From Tubulanus polymorphus (lineage: Eukaryota > Animalia > Nemertea): a DNA stretch of 64,000 bases. This document shows, one piece after another, positions 51,803 to 61,704 of this stretch (within the stretch, counting starts at the first letter, position 1; each line of letters opens with the position of its first letter). A program made the translations under genes and the position numbers. Below the pieces are notes generated by a model. It was not told the DNA's origin, did no database searches, and saw only the letters and a program-made list of their open reading frames with translations. Location of the stretch: the NCBI RefSeq assembly GCF_964204645.1, contig NC_134028.1, positions 13,895,653 through 13,959,652 of the forward strand, given 5' to 3'.

Positions 51803-52228
51803 ATGGCTTCTGCAATTATAACTATTATAGGATCGGCAATTGTTAACGCTTTAGCATTTACAGGTGGTGGGTATTTATTTAAGCATGTTGATAAAAATAG
51901 TTCATTAGCAGAAAAAAGAAGACATAACTTAGCATTAGAAAAATATAATAAAGCAGCAGAAGAATATAGAGAAAAAAGACAAAATTATATGGATTACATC
52001 AATAAAGAATTATATATTCAGAAATTTACACATAGAGATTTTCAATCAGTTGATGAAGCTATGACTTTATATTTATAAAATGCAGTAACAAATCGTGAAA
52101 AATCACAATTGTACAAACCTAAATGATCAGATTATTATACCCCAAGTAATGAACAGAAGAAATATGAAATAATTTGGATTTTAGGTGGAACAGTTATTGT
52201 ATTATTTGTTGCTTATAAATTTACTAAT
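51803..52228 (+). pseudogene. Small protein with N-terminal hydrophobic helix, coiled coil and C-terminal TM segment
   Basis: MASAIITIIGSAIVNALAFTGG..EKRRHNLALEKY; downstream EIIWILGGTVIVLFVAYKF. Confidence 0.6.
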
Positions 52229-52715
52229 TAGTAATTTCTTTTCTTAATAAATGGTTGATAAAATTGATAATGTTGATATTATTATTCCTCATGATATAAA
52301 TAAAACTAAATTAAAATTATATTCGGAAAAATAAATATTAGAATTTGAAAATGATTTAAAAATTAAAAAGAAAAAATATTTAAAAAGTATTTATAAAGTA
52401 AAATTATATATTATTTTATTATTAGTAGTTCTGTTACAATTAGTTCTGTAATAACATTTCTAGCATTATTCTCACCATTAACACCTTTATCTATCTCAAT
52501 TGGAGCTTTAGGTTTAAGTTCAAGTGTATTAACCGGGATAGGTTCAAAAATAAATATACAAAGTTATAAAGAAAAAATTAAATCTAATATATAAGAAATT
52601 AATAACCTACAAAATACATTAGATTATATAATAAGTTTAAATGGTAATATAACAGTTGAAGAACAAGATAAATTATTTAAAAAATTAATAAATTAATAAT
52701 TTTTTTATTATATAA

Positions 52716-54023
52716 ATGCTAGATAGTTTTCCAAAAGCTTTTCAATATAATGACTCGATTTAATATAATATTCCTGCAATAGATTTTAATAAAGATATTT
52801 CATATAGAAATGAAGTTTTGAATTCATCATATATTTTAGATATTAATGTTACTGAAACTAATAATTTTAATGCAAAGTTGGAAAATATATTCAATATTTA
52901 CGTAATTAATTTTAAAAATTTAAATGAGGCAAAACAATGATTATTAAAATCTAATATGAAGTATTGACAGAACCAATTTAATTTTGCAGTTTATTGTGCA
53001 ACAAGAGCGTGTGGTATAAGTTGGAATGATCATTTAAATAAACCAAGTTTACCATTAAAATTACATTTTTTAGATGTCATACATATTTTCAAATAAAATT
53101 AATATTAAATGAATTAGAGTGCCCTTTACCAGGTTAAAAATATTTTAATGAACTAAACGATAATATTAATTTTCTCAAAGTTTTATAAAATATGTAATGA
53201 ATTTAATCTTAATTCAAATAATGATTTTAGAGCAATAATTGGTACAATGGGTGGATTAGGAATATTATATACTAAAGCGTTTGGAAAAATAATGACAAAT
53301 ACAGACAGGAGAACACTAAATTGGAAAGAATTACCAAAATATCATAATAATATACAACAAAATAATAATGGATGGATTAATTTCATTTTAGAAAATAGTG
53401 AAGGATTTACTAAAGCTGGGATACAGAGAATAAATAAATCTATTAGAACTTATTTGATATGTATTCTAGGTGCACAAATTGAAAAAAGATCCACAATAGT
53501 TGGAAATGATAACACTTCATTTGACGCGCAGAAACAATTTAAAGTTTTATTTGAAGATTCAATTCATAATGATAAAAATAGATCGATTCCAGAAAACATT
53601 GTAAGATATCAAAATTAGTTAGATAAATCTCATGTAAGATTAAATTATTGTATAGGTTCTAATCTATTTATTATTTCAAATGATTTAGTATTAAAGATGG
53701 GAAATATAAGTGGTTATAATAATTTAATTAAGACTGCAACAATAAATAATTCATTTGGATTAAATGACATAAATAAAAAGATTATTACTGCTCCAAAACT
53801 AATGAAAGGTGAAAAAATTAAAAAACATATTCAATCAACAGAATATTAGATGGATAATGATTCTAACATAAAAGATTACAATACATCAGAAAATATTGAA
53901 ACTGATAATATTCAGCATGAAATAATTAAAAGTAATAATGATAATAAATCACATGAAAATACTAAATTAGCAATAACTTGTATAGGAATTGTAATTGGAG
54001 GGATATTATATTTTAAATTTTAA
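52716..54023 (+). pseudogene. Uncharacterised Polinton-associated protein with C-terminal TM anchor
   Basis: GFTKAGIQRINKSIRTY..FDAQKQF segment; ends HENTKLAITCIGIVIGGILYFKF. Confidence 0.6.
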
Positions 54024-54659
54024 TTTTTTATTATATAAATGGAAGAAGATATTCCAATGGATACTTTTGGTGACGCCCCTGGTATAAGTGATGAACCACA
54101 ACCTGATTTTAATGAAACTAATATTGATAATGATGATGGATCAGCATATAATACTAATTACTAACTACTAGGTGAGGATGATTCTAGTGGGCCTATATTA
54201 TATGATTATGATGAATTTAAAGATGATACTGAAACAAGTGAAAAACTAATAGATTATTTAAGAACCCACGATGAGATAATAATTAAAACTAGACCAGAAA
54301 GAAAAGATTCAATTAATAGATTAGAAAGAACAGAACACTCTGAATTGAAAAAGAATTATTATACATAAAACATAGTGTAACAAATACAGGCCTATTGAAG
54401 AATTATTACCAAAACATGTAACAGATAACATTGAACCAGAAGATATTTCAGAACAAATTAGAAAAGATGACATACATTTCATGAATAATTTTGAATTTAA
54501 AAATGATTCATTGTATTAAAATGTTGAATTAAATAACAAAACTGTATCAATTCAATTATCTGAAATGGGACAAGAAGATCTGTACCATCCAAGAATTCTT
54601 TTTTCTTGGCAAGAATCTTGGTTTCTTACTCGTACGTCTCGTACATAGATATATAAATA

Positions 54660-55451
54660 GTTATTTTATAAATTTATATTCATAAGGAAATTGTAGTCTC
54701 AGTAATAATTCTGAACCTTTATTACTTTTTAATTTATTCATATATTCATCATGTAATTCAGTAGGTATAATTTTATTTTCTTCCAATGATTGTTGCATAG
54801 ATTTCCTATCTTTATTGTAGAATAAAACTAGAAATCTAATGTTTTCTCTAAAATCTTTAACAATTCAATTATATTTTTGATTTAAAACCCAAGTTGTTAT
54901 CCCAAAATGTCTCCCAGAGAAAGCTAGATAACATAACACAACTCTAACTTTTGAATCATGGAAATTTGCACAATCATCTACATTGAATAATGTATTTGAT
55001 CCTTTATAGATACCATGCGCTATTTTTATACAATTATCTAAATCCTAATAGTCATCTTCAGGAATAAGACTTATTCCTGAAGATGACTATTAGGATATAG
55101 TCGAAACGTTGAAATAAACTACTATCTCGAAGTTTCATTTTCGGACTTTTTATTATCATTGTGGGATTCTCTCCTCATCGCGTCAACACGGATATAGTGT
55201 TCTACCAATCGTAATTATCTAAATTTTGTTTTACTGTTTTAGGATCTAATATAATAAACTTTTTTATCTTAACTATATCCCTATTATATGTTTTATTCAT
55301 TTCATAAGTAGGACAGAATAATATTATATTATCAAAATGATTTTTATAAAATAGTTTCTAACAAATCTAATATGAAATGCGTTTTACCATAATTTGTTAC
55401 CCCAGTAACTAACATATTATGCGGTTCAAATATAAATAAATCTTTATTCAT
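54660..55451 (-). pseudogene. A32/FtsK-like packaging ATPase, interrupted by a Penelope fragment
   Basis: Walker A LVTGVTNYGKT, ILFCPT, Walker B LFNVDDC, SGRH..TWVLNQ. Confidence 0.85.
55044..55212 (+). mobile_element. Penelope-like terminal fragment with a hammerhead core and a 5' inversion; ~12-bp TSD AATTATCTAAAT
   Basis: CTGAAGA-TGACTAT..ATAGTC-GAAAC at 55077-55107; palindrome 55042-55096; duplication at 55032-55043 and 55213-55224. Confidence 0.75.
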
Positions 55452-56505
55452 TGATTCTTTTACTTTTACTAGATAAAATCCATTCATTAAATTTAACATC
55501 ATACCCTTTATATTTCACCAAAGAATACTTTTTTCCTTTAAGAGTTTTTGTTTTCAATACTTTTTCTACTTGTATTCTATTTCATCTGGATTTGGTACAA
55601 GTGATAATTCTTGTTCATAGAAATAACCTAATATTTCTCCATCGTTTAAATCTTCTTATTTATAAACAAAAGGTTTAGTTAATATTATCTTTTTAATTTT
55701 GAATATTTCTTCTGTAAAATTTGGAGTATAACCTTTATAAAATGTTTTTCGATATTTAGATATTCTAACATGTTGCCCTATTTTAAATTTAGGTTCACCA
55801 AAACATGTGTAACAAACGCTCCATATAAATTATTCCAAACTATTTCTGAATTATCTTCTTTTCTAGCTTGTATAGGTTTCAAACCAATACTTGAATGTTT
55901 AGAATTATAATAACCTTTCACTAAATCATCTAATACATCGATATATTTATATGTTTCATTGGCAGTTAAATATTTCCACTTTCTAGTTTTCAATGTTTTA
56001 TTAAATCTTTCTATGATAGATGCTTTTTTTATCTGAATGCGTTGAAAAATACTCTACATCGTTATCAGATAATAATTTTTTAAAATTCATCAAATTGTAT
56101 CTTACCTGGAATAGCTTCTTTTAATATATTTATAAAAGCATTTGTTACTTCTATACCAGTTTTATTTTTGATTGGAATTGACCATGCGTATCTACTGAAT
56201 ATATCTATAACATTCAATATCCAGAAATATCCTTTGTTGTATTCTTCTAAGTTCTTCATGTCTATTAAATCTCCTTGCCATTGTTGATCAACATATGAAA
56301 CCGTAACTTTTCTTGTTAAATAATTTTTATCCATTTTCTTATGGATTTGATATGTTGGTTGATTTTGTAACCATAATCTTAGTTCACTATATTTTACATT
56401 TTCTTTATCAAATTTCATTTCATCCCATAATTCTGAAACACTAGAATATGATACTTCAATCTCTGGGTTATAATATAAATCTCTTAGATATTGTTCTTTT
56501 TTCAT
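55448..56505 (-). pseudogene. Retroviral-type (rve) integrase with C-terminal chromodomain
   Basis: WQGDLIDM, VIDIFSRYAW, ASIIERFNKTLK, FKIGQHVRI..KGYTPNF, EKVLK..LVKYKGY..EWI. Confidence 0.9.
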
Positions 56506-56511
56506 CTTATT

Positions 56512-56856
56512 TTAATCCATCAATAATAATCTTGGTTTATTTACAATGATTTTATCATTTGATTTATTTTCTGGTATAATAGGTTTATCATCAAAATAAT
56601 TATTATTAGATTTGAATCTAGATTTATATATTACACCAGAGAATATAATTACTGTGATAAACCCAAATGCTATATATAAGTAATTATTTCTTCCACTATT
56701 AAAAAGAATTAGATTTGAATTAATATCAGGTGATTCATTTATATCAGTGAATGTCTTTTTCTTAGCTCTTTTTAACTCTGAAGATCTTTTACCTAATTCC
56801 CTTGCCCATTTAATTTGTTTCTCAGATCTAGGCTTCTTCTTAATACCATCACTCAT
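56512..56856 (-). CDS. Uncharacterised basic protein with one TM segment (114 aa)
   Basis: Intact ORF in very AT-rich DNA; TAAATG start. Confidence 0.6.
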   Translation of the reverse strand: MSDGIKKKPRSEKQIKWARELGKRSSELKRAKKKTFTDINESPDINSNLILFNSGRNNYLYIAFGFITVIIFSGVIYKSRFKSNNNYFDDKPIIPENKSNDKIIVNKPRLLLMD

Positions 56857-56861
56857 TTATT

Positions 56862-57452
56862 TTAGTTAATTTTTGTTCTGATTCGTTTTCTGTTTCGCCG
56901 TGTGGGTGTCACACCATCTGTTTCGTTCTTACCTGATTTATATTCTTTAGGTTTGATATTCGAAAATGTTATGACACCAGTAGAGATTAATGTCATAACC
57001 GATCCTAATTGGAATGAAGCATATCCAACCCATTTTTGTAATTCAGTCATAACTAAGTAGTCATTTTTTAATTCAATATATAATTTATTTTCATCATTAA
57101 TTGACATTAACCGGTTACATAATTTTGAATAACATTTGACAATACCATCAGAAATATAATCATTTATTCTAGCTAATCTTGACTCTTCATTAATCTTAAG
57201 ATATTTTATTACTTTTTCTTTGTTCATATTATCTAATTTTTGAAAAGTTATAATTTTAGTTAGAAATTCTTTACACTTTCCGCTAGCAATTAGTAACTCA
57301 AGATGATGCTTACAGTATAAATAGCATTCGTAATCAATATTATTATCAACTTGAGCACAATCAATAAAAACTGTATCATTATTGCCAGTAATGCCCAAAT
57401 CCTCAATTGTCTTTTCAATATCAATACTATTCTTATTCAATTTCTTTGACAT
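56862..57452 (-). CDS. Uncharacterised Polinton-associated protein (196 aa)
   Basis: Intact ORF; TAAATG start. Confidence 0.65.
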   Translation of the reverse strand: MSKKLNKNSIDIEKTIEDLGITGNNDTVFIDCAQVDNNIDYECYLYCKHHLELLIASGKCKEFLTKIITFQKLDNMNKEKVIKYLKINEESRLARINDYISDGIVKCYSKLCNRLMSINDENKLYIELKNDYLVMTELQKWVGYASFQLGSVMTLISTGVITFSNIKPKEYKSGKNETDGVTPTRRNRKRIRTKIN

Positions 57453-57719
57453 TTATATTAGAGAAAAAAAAACAAAAAAAATATTATACTTATTCTTCAA
57501 ATGATACTAGTAACTCTTTAGTTAATACTAGCTTAGTTAAGTTAAAGAATTCTAGTATTAACTAGATTTGAATAGCTACGTGAAGATAAAGAATTTCTAT
57601 TCGAATATATTCAAAATATAAAGTATTCTCTTTTGAAAAGAAATATTAGATTTTGAAAAATATCTAATATCTAGTTGAAGTTATGTAATTTTTAATATAT
57701 TTTTATTTAAATTAGGATT

Positions 57720-58435
57720 TAATACCTCACTAATTTTGTCTATCTATGCGGAGCAATTAAATCGTCCAAATAAGTCATTTCGGATTCTCGGTATTGAATC
57801 ATATTCCATAATTGTATAAATCTTTTAGCTTTAATTATTTGATTATTATATAATTCATTATAAATTTTATCATGTTTAATTCTATTTTCTGTTTTCGATA
57901 AAGAATAATATTCTTCCAATTACATATTGTTTTTATTTCAGATTCATCTTCTATTGATGATAATGGGATAACATGATCTAACTCCCAATATTCTCCATGA
58001 TTCTCAAAGTTCATGTTATTATCGAACTGATATTCTATCCATGCTTTAAAGAATTCTATAGAACACCCTAAATAACCAATTGATCTATCAGATTTTATAA
58101 AATTTTTGGAAAACCCTGTTCAAACTAATTCTGTTAGTATGCTTTAATTTGAATAATGGATCTGAATTATATTTTACTTTTTGGTAATTATTGATATGTT
58201 CACGGTTATCTTTTATCCAATCTCTCATGTATTCTGGGTTATTTTCTCGATATTGTGCATTATTTTGTTTCCAACATGTTTTACAAATATTTCGTAAATC
58301 ATCTTTTTAAAACTTTTGTTTACAATATTCTGAAGATTGTTAATTTAATTCACACTTAGAACATATCTTATGATAAATATTTATAACACCAGCGTTATTT
58401 GTAATATTAATAATTTGTGGCTGTTTACTTTCCAT
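57720..58435 (-). pseudogene. HNH-type endonuclease of the kind common in large DNA viruses
   Basis: Manual translation: ICSKC.., YLGCSIEFFKAWIEYQFDNNMNFENHGEYWELDHVIP..CNWKN. Confidence 0.7.
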
Positions 58436-59707
58436 TTACAATATATGAATTTTTTTTATTTTATTTGAAATATATTTGATAATTTCCGTCTGTTCGTCTT
58501 CGACTTACGTCATCCTTTTTCATTCCTCGCTACTTTTGATAAGTCATTTCGGATCCTTGATATCAAAATCATACCAGTTGCAATATCCAAGGCGGGCCTA
58601 AATGACCGCTTTTGCTCAGTAGGCGCCAATCATAATTATATATTTATTCTGTAAAATTGAAACGACCGAACATAGAACATTCACACGTATGTGCACTGAT
58701 CAAAACCAGTCCTAAATGGCCCCTTTTGATCAGTGCGCGTGCGCCAATCAAAATTATATATTTATTCTGCAAATTGAAACAACCGAACATAGAACATTCA
58801 CCAAACAGATTTACACAATACATATACAAGTATGTTCGGTCGTTTCATCCAATGCATCATTTTATTTCTATATATAAAATTGATAATTACGAACATTTTT
58901 TCATTTTCCGGTTTATATTTAACTACATCAACAAATGTCAAACTTAATAATTGGAATTTTTGGAGTAGTCTAAATGTTTCTGAAATTCTTATATAGTTTC
59001 TTCGTCGATCTTTTGTGTTTCTTGTGCTTCTACACCCATTTCTATTGGTTCGACTTTCAGTGCTGTTGATTCCTCAGAAAGACTATCTTGAGTTGATCTA
59101 TCGCTTCTTGATGCGTATGACGTTTTATTAATCTAAAAGATATCGGCGGTAACTCTAGCTATCTAAAAGATATACTAAATATAAACATATTTAAAGGTTT
59201 CATATTTAGTAGCCTCAATAACAACAAAAGTACTTACATTTAACTCGCGAACTGTTATATCCGAAATGGGATAGATATTATAACTGTATATGTATGTCTG
59301 TTTGAGGGAGCGGTCTCTGGTTCAGTGTTAATACGTCATGTGAATGTACTAGCGCACACGAAACTTTCAGTTATTAAATTAACAAGCACCATCTGTCACC
59401 GTTTGCAGTAAACGATCGTTAATAATTCCGCGCGTAAGTAGGCAACAGGTGTTTTTGCAGTTTTACAGTGTTGTATGATATAATGTTAGATATCAACTGG
59501 TAGTATGAATATGGCTCAATCCTTATCTCACTACTTTGTCTATCTAAATGTGTTCTAGTTTTATTGTGTCTTGGTTTTTGAGATTTATCTATATTCATTT
59601 TACATGTCGGACAGTAGTACTTCTTATCTGCTTCCATTTTAATATTAAATTTTTTATTAAAATTGATTTTAGAAGTTATTCATATTCATATATATGAATA
59701 TTTTAAG

Positions 59708-59829
59708 AGTAATAGGGATAATAGGGGTTCAGGTCAAAGGTAGAAAGGTCGAAAAATAAATTCGAATGTGCGAGAATTTATTTTTCGACCTTTCGACCTT
59801 TGGCCTGAACCCCTATTATCCCTATTACT
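59708..59829. repeat. Right terminal hairpin (122 bp)
   Basis: AGTAATAGGGATAATAGGGGTTCAGG...GAATGTGCGA...CCTGAACCCCTATTATCCCTATTACT. Confidence 0.93.
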
Positions 59830-60301
59830 AATATCAATTAGCATCCCATAAACATTCAATACAAATATCTAAAATGACAATACAATATAGTGTGTTCATT
59901 ACATACACTTATACAGATATTTCATCACAAGAAGCAAAGAAAATACAATAGATTATTTAACATCGGAAAATTGACGTATTCAGTAGATTACAATAGTTTA
60001 CAAAATATTTATTCAAGTCCAGACATTTGATCATAGTATCCTGCAACTAAATGCAACTAATGTCCGACACAGTCCTTTCAAATGCAAACAAACACGTCCA
60101 ACAAAACGAATGTTCCGCCACATCCAGCGACCAAATACATGACGAATATAGATTACCAGCGACAAGTTCATAAACACCACACAGCGAAAAATAAACGACG
60201 AATAGAACACCATATAAAACAGCGACATTACAAATACGCGATATAACCGCACTCGACAAATATATCCCGGAACAGTGTAGAGATTTCGACAGCAATCCTT
60301 A

Positions 60302-61095
60302 AGGCTGGCTTATATCGACAAGTAACGCGACGCCTACCGACTCCTACCGACGCAACTGAGAGCAACCGCGATCGCAGGCCAGCTTATATCAACTGCGCTC
60401 CGATTCGCAGCAACTGAGGCCGACTAGCGGGATATGCGATCCTCCCAGTTGCTTCCCTGCTTATGTCGGTTGCGATTACTAGCAACTGCAACGGCTCAAA
60501 TAGTGACGTGATAAGCATTTTGAGAATAAATTTGAGTTATTAGGAAATATATTTCTATTAGAAAAGTTATTTCTTTAAGACTTTGATCTTTCTGATTCTG
60601 TTTTGAATACAACGTGCTAGCGACATCATATAAAGATGGCCGCTCACACCATAATTCTACCAATTTCGTTTCTAGATCATCGGTCCAGTCCTCTGCCGTG
60701 CTGAAGGTTTGGTTTACGTTTTGAACTACTTGAATTTGAAAGTTTATGACTATTTACGAATGACGATAACTAGCGGTGATAAATTTTACGATGTATATGC
60801 GGTCTCTCATTGGCTGGAACCCCTGCGCTCAGTTACGTCGCGTCGCAGATGAGCTTATGTCGGCTGCGATCGAAAGCAACTGTCCGCATACCGTAGGCCG
60901 GAGTAGAACATGGGCAACTAGCCGGATACGGCTTGCGACGAGTCGGTAGGCGTCGAGTTGCCGTCGCAAACCGGCTTATGTCGAACCGATAGAGCAGCAA
61001 CTGGCGGCCTCTCGTAGTACGCTAGTTGCCGCTAATCGGTGATAAACCCAGTTGCGTCGGTAGGCGTCGCGTTGCTTGTCGACATATGCCAGGCT
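60302..61095. mobile_element. PIF/Harbinger-type MITE (794 bp, ~40-bp TIRs, TTA TSD)
   Basis: TTA|AGGCTGGCTTATATCGACAAG...CTTGTCGACATATGCCAGGCT|TTA. Confidence 0.85.
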
Positions 61096-61704
61096 TTACG
61101 ACATCAAAACACGCAGTGAATCATACACCATTATCTCTGCAAAACGCACACTTGACTCAGAACAGTGGATGACAAGAGAAATAGTTTATAGACTTCGGAG
61201 GATTATCAACGCGTGTCCTCAGTTTCTACACAACGAACGTTCGCGTACCAAGCATAATACAGGATAATATTTCCACACGAAGAATGTTCTCGTAGCAATC
61301 ACAAGACATCACATATAGTTCACGAATACAGCCAGACACTAACAACTGGGCGTTTCGCGATGACTATGACGATGTTTACTGGGTGCACATTGAGAGATAC
61401 CTTCAAAACTTCGCAAATTGACACTCACCACCCAACCGATGAGCAGAATCAGAATGAAATAGATTATGAATTCCGCTGGTTTAATCCCACAAAATTAAAC
61501 CAACCAAATTACTAAATAAACCTTATTCAACCCTTACTACGTTTTAGTCATTGAGAATTAGGTACTAACGAAGCAATGTAAATAGTAGCAACCCCTATTA
61601 TGTCATAGCCAATAGAGTAAAGACACGCTAACAGAGCAAGACAGCAATTTCAATTCCATTAATCATACGTCAACTAATATATGGTAAAAAAGGGACTATT
61701 ACAA

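Larger units (their letters stand above)
47861..59829. mobile_element. Polinton/Maverick-like element copy 2: both ends present, internally decayed (11,969 bp, TSD AATATC)
   Basis: AATATC at 47855-47860 and 59830-59835. TIRs 47861-48112 / 59543-59829. Contains pPolB, penton-like, ATPase and integrase genes. Confidence 0.93.

Noticed and set aside
47861-59829. Parvovirus-like flip/flop loop isomers
   Set aside because: All three hairpin loops have the same orientation relative to the element end.
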